Below, in pieces: positions 25,590 to 33,269 of a stretch of 34,824 bases of DNA; position 1 is the first letter of the stretch; every line of letters starts with the position of its first letter. The notes beneath the pieces are model-generated. The model was not told the origin of the DNA and did no database searches. It worked only from the letters and a program-made list of their open reading frames with translations. Source of the DNA: an uncultured Coriobacteriaceae bacterium (GTDB taxonomy: Bacteria; Actinomycetota; Coriobacteriia; Coriobacteriales; QAMH01); the NCBI GenBank assembly GCA_902796975.1, contig CADBRF010000300.1, forward strand, positions 1 to 34,824. Direction: 5' to 3'. The position numbers and the translations under genes are program-made.

Positions 25590-26474
25590 ATGGCGAATAC
25601 CGACCTTTCCATGCAGCTCCTCTTTCTCCTCGAACGCGAAGGGGCTATTTCCATTCCGCAAACCGCCCGCACCCTAGGCGCGAGCGAGGAAGAAGTGTGG
25701 GATGCCCTGGAAGAGCTTGTCTTCTCCTACGACGCCATCGGCGTTCGCATGGAATTGGGCGAGAATTTTGCCACCTTGCGGGATGGAGAATCCAAACGTG
25801 TCTTGCGCCTGACCCGCCAGGAGGTAACCGCCCTCATCGATATGCTCGAGAGCGCGGGCTACACAGATGATGACGAGCTCGTGTCATCGCTCCTCGCAGC
25901 CCGTGGCGCCTTGGGAGAAGAAGAACCCGACGCCCGGGTGCGCGCAGTTGCAGAGCCCAATTCGCCCGAACTATTAGAGCTTGTTGCTCAGGCTTGCGAA
26001 GACGAGCACCATTCCTTGCTCCACATGGGCTACCGAAGCGAGAACGGCAAGCAATCAGAGCGTAATGTCGAACCCTACCGTGTGAGCTCGTCGGGGCAGT
26101 TCCGCTATCTCATCGCCTGGTGCCACACCGCCTGCGCTTGGCGTGCCTTCCGCCTCGACCGTATCGAGAGCGCTCAGGCACTTGACGCCACATTCACGCC
26201 GCGCGATGGCGTTCCCACAATTGACGATCTGCTCCACGGAGACATCATCTATACCCATGTGCGGTTCGCTGCCGGAACTCCTGTTCCGGAATGGCCTGGC
26301 ATCACTCGTAAGTACACCGAGCTGGATGGGTCCGTCACCGCCCGTGTGTCCTGGACTGGAGGCGATTGGCTGCCCAAGCATATCGTCGCCTGCCTCGGTG
26401 CGGCGAGGCCCCTCGACCCGCCAGAGCTCGTTGCCGCCTGTAGAAGCTACGCGGAATCTCTGCTGGAAGGCTAA
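25590..26474 (+). CDS. HTH-WYL domain transcriptional regulator (PafB/PafC-like), second of the pair
   Basis: The ATG lies 1 nt after the upstream TAA. HTH LLFLLEREGAISIPQTARTLGASEEEV. WYL domain YRSENGKQSERNVEPYRVSSSGQFRYLIAWCHTACAWRAFRLDRI. Confidence 0.88.
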   Translation: MANTDLSMQLLFLLEREGAISIPQTARTLGASEEEVWDALEELVFSYDAIGVRMELGENFATLRDGESKRVLRLTRQEVTALIDMLESAGYTDDDELVSSLLAARGALGEEEPDARVRAVAEPNSPELLELVAQACEDEHHSLLHMGYRSENGKQSERNVEPYRVSSSGQFRYLIAWCHTACAWRAFRLDRIESAQALDATFTPRDGVPTIDDLLHGDIIYTHVRFAAGTPVPEWPGITRKYTELDGSVTARVSWTGGDWLPKHIVACLGAARPLDPPELVAACRSYAESLLEG

Positions 26475-26487
26475 AGCTAGGTCTCGA

Positions 26488-27804
26488 TTATTTGATGGCG
26501 ACACCGGCGCCGAAGAGCAGATCGCGCTCATCTTCGGGCAGAGCGCTGCGCGCATCGTCGCGAACGCTGTTCACGCCTACGAAGAACTGCCTCATCATCG
26601 CCACCATCAGATAGCGCCCTTTGGGCGTGAGCGTGACTTCTTCGTCGTTGTCGACATCGATAGCACCGGATGCCGCCATGAAGGCACATTCGGCGGGCAG
26701 GCCCTCGAGCACGGTGCAGCCAAAATCCTTCTTCCACTGCTTCTTGTCCAAGCGCAGGCCGAAGAGCTGCATCATGAAGCGATAGCGCATGTGATCGCGC
26801 TTGGAGAACCTGGCGCGTCCAAAAACGCTCATACGTCCATTCTGAATGGCGTCGTGATATTGGTTCACCGAGAGGGTATTGATGTAGAGGTTCTCATTGA
26901 GGAAGGAGAGCCCACCGCTACCCAGCGCCGGGTATTCCTCGTAGTTTATAATGTACTCATCAATTGCCTTGGTCTGCTTGTTGAAGGTCCAGGCGTCGCC
27001 GAATTCGAACTGCGCGTCAGGACCCGTTGCCAGTCCCTCGCAAATCATCTCATAGTAGCGCTGCTCGCGATCGTAGTTGACCTCACCGACCGTACGGGCA
27101 AGCGATTTCTCGACCGCTGGCGAGGCCATGAGCGGGTAGAACGTGGTCTGATTGGCATGGCATTCGAGGATGGCAGCGATATCGTTCACGAGCATATCCT
27201 CGGTTTGCGCGGGGAGGTTGAAAATCATGTCCACGTTGACCGTGGCGAACGCCTTGGCGTCAGCGACTTCAATAATGCGGTTGAAGATTTCGTCCGCGCT
27301 GCCGTATTTCTCATAGCGGTCCATCTGCTTGAGCAGGCCGTCATCGAAGCTCTGCACGCCCACGGAAAGACGCTGAACGTTGCCGTTGAGCTTCTCCACG
27401 TATTCGGACGTGAGATGGTTGGGATTGGTCTCGCAGCTTACTTCTTTGATAGAGAAGAGGGTGCGGGCGAGGGCGATGGTCTGCAACAGCTCATCGAGCT
27501 GGATTGTGGGAGTGCCGCCGCCAATGGTGAGGGAATCGAAATCGTAGCCGAGGCGCGCGAGCATTTCCATTTCCATGCGGAGGTCCGCAAAATAGCGGTG
27601 CGCCTTCTTCTCTTCAAAGGGAAAACGGTTGAAGGAGCAATAGGGGCAGAGTCGCTCGCAAAATGGTATGTGCATATAGAGCATGTAACGCTGACCGGGC
27701 TTAGGACCCGGCAGCATCGTCTGGTCTTGGGGCACGGGCTCAAGCCGAAGATACCGATTGGACAGAGTGTGCACAGCTTGTGAAAGCACGCGCTCAGAAA
27801 GCAT
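26488..27804 (-). CDS. HemN-like (class C) radical SAM enzyme, coproporphyrinogen-III-oxidase family
   Basis: CxxxCxxC motif HIPFCERLCPYCSF, GGGTP motif, and a HemN_C-like C-terminal domain. The ATG at 27804 (MLSERV) is preceded by AGAGG; the ORF-track start at 27831 is a GTG. Confidence 0.9.
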   Translation of the reverse strand: MLSERVLSQAVHTLSNRYLRLEPVPQDQTMLPGPKPGQRYMLYMHIPFCERLCPYCSFNRFPFEEKKAHRYFADLRMEMEMLARLGYDFDSLTIGGGTPTIQLDELLQTIALARTLFSIKEVSCETNPNHLTSEYVEKLNGNVQRLSVGVQSFDDGLLKQMDRYEKYGSADEIFNRIIEVADAKAFATVNVDMIFNLPAQTEDMLVNDIAAILECHANQTTFYPLMASPAVEKSLARTVGEVNYDREQRYYEMICEGLATGPDAQFEFGDAWTFNKQTKAIDEYIINYEEYPALGSGGLSFLNENLYINTLSVNQYHDAIQNGRMSVFGRARFSKRDHMRYRFMMQLFGLRLDKKQWKKDFGCTVLEGLPAECAFMAASGAIDVDNDEEVTLTPKGRYLMVAMMRQFFVGVNSVRDDARSALPEDERDLLFGAGVAIK

Positions 27805-27926
27805 AGAACCTCTTCTCGTATTGGCGAACACCTGAGTTTAGCGGTTTTCACACCCGGAACATCGGGCGCATAGTAAAAAAAGCACAGCAGGCACGCGCCA
27901 ACAGGGCGGATAGCGCGGCAAATGCT

Positions 27927-28577
27927 CTAGAAGGCACCCAACAGGAATAGAATGACCAGCACGACCACGACCAGCACCGCGACAACGGCCACCATGCAGC
28001 CCTTCCCATGATTGGAGGCTGTCTTGGCAAGCGACTCTGTCTGGGTGCGATGAGTCTTATAGAGCGCAGAACCCTTGCTGATGGATGGCAGGGGCGCGGC
28101 GGGCATATCACACCATTCGCCTGCGGTTTCAATCACGCGGTCGAGCTGTTTGTCCGAGAGCGCGACCTCAGGGTGGTCACCCTTGGCGATACGCTCCTTC
28201 AGGCGCTCGACAAAGGGGTCGAAGGCGGCGCGCTCCTCGGGCGGATAGGCGACGAGAGCCACTTCGCACCAGTAGGAGTCGTTCAGCTTATCGAACACGA
28301 CGAGCGCGGGGAAGGCGTGAACGAGCCAGCCCTTTTTGGAGAGGGCTATCACACGTTTTGCCACGCCTGTTGGCAGAAAGCCAATTGCCATCTTCTCGTC
28401 GCGCGCGACAATGACGCGGGGCTTTTCCTTGCCAGCCTCGGTGACATGGGTCTCCACATGCAGCTGGGCGGGATTGCCCACGAAAACCGAATTGCCATCA
28501 AGCTTGATCTCGGTTGTATCGTTTCTGTTCTCAAGCTTGCAGTAGGTGCCGTAATAGCGCTCGTTGTTGTCTGGCAT
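27927..28577 (-). CDS. Tail-anchored protein of unknown family (216 aa)
   Basis: Soluble N-terminal domain of about 185 aa plus a C-terminal TM helix (MVAVVAVLVVVVLVILFLLGAF). GAGGAG lies 4 nt before the ATG. It is divergent from dinG. Confidence 0.75.
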   Translation of the reverse strand: MPDNNERYYGTYCKLENRNDTTEIKLDGNSVFVGNPAQLHVETHVTEAGKEKPRVIVARDEKMAIGFLPTGVAKRVIALSKKGWLVHAFPALVVFDKLNDSYWCEVALVAYPPEERAAFDPFVERLKERIAKGDHPEVALSDKQLDRVIETAGEWCDMPAAPLPSISKGSALYKTHRTQTESLAKTASNHGKGCMVAVVAVLVVVVLVILFLLGAF

Positions 28578-28608
28578 TGCAACTCCTCTTTGTCGCGTTC
28601 GAGAAGGG

Positions 28609-28641
28609 ATTATAGCCGCCGAGAGCCTCGATTACGGCGGC
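28609..28641 (-). promoter_or_regulatory. TATAAT -10 flanked by the perfect inverted repeat GCCGCCG-N13-CGGCGGC (candidate promoter/operator of the 216-aa gene)
   Basis: The minus strand reads GCCGCCGTAATCGAGGCTCTCGGCGGCTATAAT, about 30 nt upstream of the ATG at 28577. Confidence 0.4.
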
Positions 28642-28694
28642 ATGAGGGCGGGCATCGGACATGACGACGCCTTTTTCCTTTCTCCGCAGCTCTG

Positions 28695-28716
28695 TGTCGC
28701 TTTCCCGTGGTAGGCT
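28695..28716 (+). promoter_or_regulatory. RecA-NDp-like promoter candidate TGTCGctt-N8-TAGGCT upstream of dinG
   Basis: It matches the mycobacterial PafBC-dependent architecture tTGTCRgtg-N8-TAnnnT in the TGTCR core, in the exact spacing and in the TAnnnT -10. It lies 61 nt before the TTG start. Confidence 0.4.
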
Positions 28717-28776
28717 GCAAACATATGCAAAAAGAGAAGAGCCCTGCTGGGCGCCGAGGCAAGGTGTGGTGGCAAC

Positions 28777-31700
28777 TTGAGCAAAGACTGGTCGCTGGAC
28801 GATATCCCCATGGACGACATCCCCATGGACGAGTTTCCACCAGACGATATTCCGCCAATGGAGTTCGGGGACGAGAGCATACCCAAAGGTCTTGCCGCCT
28901 ATGAGGAGGACCTGCCCATCCCCGGCGACCTCAATGCTATCGGCACCCGAGCATCCCATCTCGCGCCGGCAATTCAGACTCTCGACGAATACCTCATCCC
29001 CGGCACCGGCGCCAACATTCGCGCTCGCTACGCTGCATTTGCAGAGCGCGCACGCGAAGGGGCTTTCGCGTTGGTGGAAAAGCCCGTGGTCATCATCGAC
29101 ACAGAGACGACTGGTCTTGATGTAGCGCATGATGCCCTCACCCAGATTGCCGCCGCCCGTATGGAGGGCCCCAAAATCGTCGCCCGGTTCAACACCTTCG
29201 TGAACCCCGGACGCCATATCCCCGCCGAAATCGTGGAGCTCACGGGAATCACCGACGAAGATGTGAAGGATGCCCCCACGCCCGCAGAGGCCGTCGCCCA
29301 GCTCGCCGAGTTTGTAGGGGACGCAGACCTCGTTGCCCACAACGCGGAATTCGATCAGAGCGTCGTGATGCGTCAGGCACGACCCGGCACCCTCATGGGG
29401 TCATGGATCGACACGGTCGCGCTTTCGCGCATCGTCCTGCCCCGCATCAAATCGCACCGCCTCATCGATCTGGCCAACGCCTTTGGCCTCTACAGCCCAA
29501 CTCACCGCGCCGATGACGATGTCACCGCACTCTGCGGGGTGTGGCGCATCCTCCTCATGGCGCTCGCGGACCTGCCCGCTGGCATGGCAACCTGGATCTC
29601 AAAGCTGAGCCCGGAGACGGACTGGCCGCTTCGGCAGCTCTTTCAGACGCGCGCCGCCGCCGAGCCAGGCGTGGACTTCAGTCTCCGTCGCCTTCGCTCT
29701 GAACGCGTGCGGCCCGAGCACGAAAGCAGCAAGGCCGACGCGGAGGGAATACCCCTGAGCTTTCCATCGGAGCGAGAACTGCGCGGCGCCTTTCTTCCGG
29801 GCGGCACGGCAAGCTCCATGTATCCTGGTTATGAAATTCGCGAGGAACAGGTGGCAATGGCCCTCGAAGTGGGCGCAGCCTTTCGCGAGAATGGCTTTCG
29901 CGCGCTGGAAGCCGGGACCGGAGTGGGCAAATCCATGGCCTATCTTCTACCAGCTGCGCTTTCCGCAAAGCGAAACGGCATCACCGTCGGCGTTGCCACG
30001 AAGACCAACGCCCTCATGGACCAGCTCATCTACCATGAACTCCCCCGCCTCTCACGCGCGCTCGGATCGCTCTCGTACGTCGCACTCAAGGGCTACGAAC
30101 ACTACCCTTGCCTCCGCAAGGTCGAGCGTATGGCAGCTGATGGGCATGAGCTTTCCGCCTCGACCATAGAGATGGTCGCCACGATTGCAAGCTTCACCGG
30201 GCAGACCAGCTGGGGTGATCTGGATGCCATCAATTTCAACTGGTACAGCGTGTCTAGGAGCGATATCGAGGCAAACCCCACCGATTGCCTCAAATCGCGT
30301 TGCCCCTTCTATCCCCACCTCTGCTTCCTGCATGGGGCACGCCGTGCGGCAGATTCGGCCGATATCGTAGTGACCAATCATGCGCTTCTCTTCCGCGACA
30401 TCGAGATGGACAACGGCATCCTCCCGCCCATCCGCCATTGGATCATCGATGAGGCTCACGCCACCGAGACGGAAGCCCGCAGACAGCTCTCATGCTCCAT
30501 AACCGCCCGCGACCTGAACAACGCCCTGCTGCGCCTCTCAAGCAACAAGAGCGGCACCATCGCCCGCGTACGCCGCACCGCAAGTGGCACCGACGGCGGC
30601 GATATCCTCTATGGCATAACTGCCGATATAACAGCCCATTGCGAGCAGATTCAAGCGCTTTCCTCCTCCTTCTTCTCCTACGTAAAGGATCTGGCAGAGG
30701 AGAGCAACGAGCGCCAAGGCAGCTACGATCGACTTACCCTCTGGGTAGGCCCCGACCTGCGGGCTAGCGGGACCTGGGCAACGCTCGAACGCCTGGGCGG
30801 CAAGCTCTCGGAGAAGCTGGGCGACCTCGTGCGCTTGCTCCGCGACCTCATCTCCCGGCTGGAAGGGTTCGACAACGCATTCACCGAGCAGAAGGCGGAT
30901 CTTTCCCATGTCACCAGCGCAATCAACGCTATGCGGGAAGCTCTGGAACTCGTTTTGGACGGAAGCGACGAGACCTATGTCTACTCTGCCCAGCTCGACC
31001 GCCGTCCTACAAAAATCGCCGAAGCCCTGTGCGCGGAGAAGCTCGATATTGGCGCCGAGCTGGCCGAGAGCTTCTACCCTAATACAAAGAGCGTCGTCTA
31101 CACCTCTGCAACACTAGCCACAGGAGATGCCTCGAACCCCTTCAAGCACTTTCTCCATGCCACGGGCCTGGACCTGTTGCCCGAACACCGCGTGGCAACC
31201 AAGCAGCTCGCATCGAGCTACGATTTCGAGAACCACATGACCATCTATCTGCCGAGTGACATCCCAGACCCGCACGATCGCCAGTATCAGGGCGAGCTCG
31301 CCCGCCTGTTGCTCGATGTGCACCGCGCGATGGGCGGTTCGGTGCTCACGCTCTTCACCAACCGCCGCGAGATGGAACAGCTCTACCATTCCCTCAAACC
31401 CCAGCTCAAGGCTGAGGGCATTGACCTTGCTGCTCAGGTGAGGGGCATCAGCACCAAGAATCTGCGAGACCGCTTTCTTTCGGATGAAGCGCTCTCGCTG
31501 TTTGCGCTGAAATCTTTCTGGGAGGGCTTCGATGCGCCTGGCGACACACTCCGGTGCGTTATCATCCCAAAACTGCCCTTTGGAAGACCGAGCGACCCTC
31601 TCGCTCGCGAGCGGGAGCTTCGAGAAGAGCGCGCAGCCTGGCGGAAATACTCCCTCCCCGAGGCAATCATGGACCTGAAGCAAGCGGCAGGCAGACTCAT

Positions 31701-31863
31701 CCGCAACTCTACCGATAGCGGCTCCTTGATTTTGGCAGACGCGAGACTGCAGACCAAGGGCTATGGCAAGCAGTTCCTCCGCGCCATGCCCACTCATGAT
31801 GTGCGCACCATGACCATTGCCGAGATTGCCGCCGAGCTCAAAGAACGCAACAACCGCAACTAG
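28777..31863 (+). CDS. dinG: DnaQ-like 3'-5' exonuclease fused to a DinG-family (XPD-like, Fe-S) ATP-dependent helicase
   Basis: Exonuclease motifs VVIIDTETTGLD, LVAHNAEFDQ and HRADDDV. Helicase Walker A EAGTGVGKSMAYL and DEAH box WIIDEAHATE. Four Cys (YPCLRK, TDCLKSRCPFYPHLC) are placed as in Fe-S DinG/XPD proteins. The start is a TTG at 28777 (AAGGTG upstream) and is uncertain. Confidence 0.93.
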   Translation: MSKDWSLDDIPMDDIPMDEFPPDDIPPMEFGDESIPKGLAAYEEDLPIPGDLNAIGTRASHLAPAIQTLDEYLIPGTGANIRARYAAFAERAREGAFALVEKPVVIIDTETTGLDVAHDALTQIAAARMEGPKIVARFNTFVNPGRHIPAEIVELTGITDEDVKDAPTPAEAVAQLAEFVGDADLVAHNAEFDQSVVMRQARPGTLMGSWIDTVALSRIVLPRIKSHRLIDLANAFGLYSPTHRADDDVTALCGVWRILLMALADLPAGMATWISKLSPETDWPLRQLFQTRAAAEPGVDFSLRRLRSERVRPEHESSKADAEGIPLSFPSERELRGAFLPGGTASSMYPGYEIREEQVAMALEVGAAFRENGFRALEAGTGVGKSMAYLLPAALSAKRNGITVGVATKTNALMDQLIYHELPRLSRALGSLSYVALKGYEHYPCLRKVERMAADGHELSASTIEMVATIASFTGQTSWGDLDAINFNWYSVSRSDIEANPTDCLKSRCPFYPHLCFLHGARRAADSADIVVTNHALLFRDIEMDNGILPPIRHWIIDEAHATETEARRQLSCSITARDLNNALLRLSSNKSGTIARVRRTASGTDGGDILYGITADITAHCEQIQALSSSFFSYVKDLAEESNERQGSYDRLTLWVGPDLRASGTWATLERLGGKLSEKLGDLVRLLRDLISRLEGFDNAFTEQKADLSHVTSAINAMREALELVLDGSDETYVYSAQLDRRPTKIAEALCAEKLDIGAELAESFYPNTKSVVYTSATLATGDASNPFKHFLHATGLDLLPEHRVATKQLASSYDFENHMTIYLPSDIPDPHDRQYQGELARLLLDVHRAMGGSVLTLFTNRREMEQLYHSLKPQLKAEGIDLAAQVRGISTKNLRDRFLSDEALSLFALKSFWEGFDAPGDTLRCVIIPKLPFGRPSDPLARERELREERAAWRKYSLPEAIMDLKQAAGRLIRNSTDSGSLILADARLQTKGYGKQFLRAMPTHDVRTMTIAEIAAELKERNNRN

Positions 31864-32046
31864 CCGGCCACCATGACAGTTACCTCGTAGACAATTGTCA
31901 TGTTCTCCGCGCGAGGCGGGGGCGAATTGACAATATGTAGGGGGAATTGCATTGATTTCGTTGCATTCACAACGAGCTCGGTTTGCGTTCAAAGCTATGA
32001 TGCAGAATACATCCGGAACCAAATTCAATTGCTGAGGAGAATCGCC

Positions 32047-32289
32047 GTGGATACGCTTACAGGATGCTCCGGTCATGACCCGACACCAACGCTTGAAATC
32101 CGCACCTGCCCGCAGTGTGGCGCTGAAGTCGAGGTTTTTTCCACGGACGCTTCCGTCAAGTGTGACAACTGCGGCTTCGAGGTCTTCAACAACAAGGTGT
32201 CATGTGTCAAATGGTGCAAATACGCTCGCCTCTGCATGGGCGAGGACGCCTACAAGGCTGCAATGGAGGTTGCAAACCGCCAGTCTTGA
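32047..32289 (+). CDS. Small Cys-rich zinc-ribbon protein (about 80 aa), unknown function
   Basis: A GTG at 32047 lies 7 nt after GAGGAG. It has CPQC...CDNC zinc-ribbon pairs plus a C-terminal CVKWCKYARLC segment. The ORF-track extension back to 31900 has no RBS and a non-protein-like composition. Confidence 0.55.
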   Translation: MDTLTGCSGHDPTPTLEIRTCPQCGAEVEVFSTDASVKCDNCGFEVFNNKVSCVKWCKYARLCMGEDAYKAAMEVANRQS

Positions 32290-32309
32290 TCGCCCGCGCG
32301 CCTCTTGTT

Positions 32310-32519
32310 TCAGTCTCCGCGATTGAAAATTGCCCGCGCGGGGCAGGCATCGTTGCACGCACCGCATAGGGTGCAGCGGGTCTGGTCGATACAGGGAAGC
32401 CCGGTTTCGTCCCACTCGATGCAATTGCTTGGACAGACCTTGAAGCAGACACCGCACCTGATGCAGGACATGGTGATGACATAGCCCTCTTCATCGCACT
32501 CGACATCGCGTCCCATCAT
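32310..32519 (-). CDS. 2x[4Fe-4S] ferredoxin (69 aa)
   Basis: Two cluster motifs, CIRCGVCFKVCP and CTLCGACNDACP. GAGAGG lies upstream of the ATG. Confidence 0.85.
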   Translation of the reverse strand: MMGRDVECDEEGYVITMSCIRCGVCFKVCPSNCIEWDETGLPCIDQTRCTLCGACNDACPARAIFNRGD

Positions 32520-32593
32520 CCCCGCCTCTCACTTCCGCTCACCGCCACCAGCCAGTTTCCCCTGAGACTTTTGGCTGGTGCGAAGTCATCTTC

Positions 32594-33232
32594 CTATTCC
32601 CGACAGGACTTGAGGGCGCCGAGAAGGATATCGCCCACCGCCGCAAGATCCTCTGCTGTGAAGGCAAGCTGGGTATTGTCGGAGAAGAGGATCTGGGCAG
32701 AAGGTGGGAACTCGTCATCGGCCTCCCACACCACAAGCCGCACAAAGACTCCGTCTACGAACTCAAAATCGTACGAGGCATCACCGTCCGCCGCAGGCAT
32801 GCCCCCAAGCTTTTCGCAGGCCAGGGAGAACTGGCTTGCGCTCTTGAACATGAAGGCGAGGCGGTTGATGCAGCGCCCGGTGAACGCCTTGAGATAAGCC
32901 TGCCCCCAGGGGATTTGCGCATAGGGAACAAAAGTGCCAGAACCCGGCACCAGCTGGTGCTCCAGTACGAGATGTCCCAGGAGAATGCGTACGTTGGGAG
33001 CAGTTGCCGCGCCCGTATCAGCGCAGACAGTCTCCATGCTAGGCCATGCCAGGCGAACTTCGCGCCCAAGGAGGTGAACGGTGAACCATTGATTTTCGGC
33101 ATCGTAGAGCACGCCAGACCGCCTAGCCATCTCCGCCGGGTTGGCCTGGGCAAAGCGTTCGGAGTAGTACTCGATGGGATGCTCATTCTTGTTGTCGTGC
33201 AACGTGGCAATCTGCGGTTTTTCTTCAGTCAT
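32594..33232 (-). CDS. DUF3786-like protein
   Basis: Start chosen at MTEEKPQ (33232), preceded by GAAAGG. The pattern YYSERFAQANPAEMARRSGVLYD...FTVHLLGREVRLAWP...ILLGHLV...FVPYAQIPWGQAYLKAF resembles DUF3786 proteins found next to corrinoid activases. Confidence 0.7.
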   Translation of the reverse strand: MTEEKPQIATLHDNKNEHPIEYYSERFAQANPAEMARRSGVLYDAENQWFTVHLLGREVRLAWPSMETVCADTGAATAPNVRILLGHLVLEHQLVPGSGTFVPYAQIPWGQAYLKAFTGRCINRLAFMFKSASQFSLACEKLGGMPAADGDASYDFEFVDGVFVRLVVWEADDEFPPSAQILFSDNTQLAFTAEDLAAVGDILLGALKSCRE

Positions 33233-33269
33233 TGCTCGCCTTTCGTCACCAGCGTCCGCTCCCTTCGCG

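Noticed and set aside
26143-27783. 546-aa plus-strand ORF
   Set aside because: It is entirely antisense to the well-supported HemN-like radical SAM gene. Its composition is low-complexity and rich in Arg, Gly, Ala and His, typical of shadow ORFs in high-GC DNA. No RBS or recognisable motif.
27875-27926. Run of seven T on the minus strand after the 216-aa gene, expected to be a terminator
   Set aside because: I could not find a convincing GC-rich stem immediately upstream of the T-tract. Only 3-5 bp pairings are possible, so it is not annotated.
31872-31902. Hairpin CATGACA-N17-TGTCATG after the dinG stop, considered as a terminator
   Set aside because: The stem is only 7 bp and AT-rich, the loop is large at 17 nt, and the tail is short (TTCTCC). 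That is too weak to annotate.
31900-32046. N-terminal 49 codons of the 129-aa ORF-track entry
   Set aside because: The upstream part (MFSARGGGELTICRGNC...) has no RBS and spans the dinG terminator-like hairpin region. An in-frame GTG at 32047 has a GAGGAG at ideal spacing, so the shorter 80-aa product is preferred.
31114-32076. 320-aa minus-strand ORF (also 28531..29340, 269 aa)
   Set aside because: Both are antisense to dinG, whose plus-strand frame carries exonuclease, Walker A and DEAH motifs.
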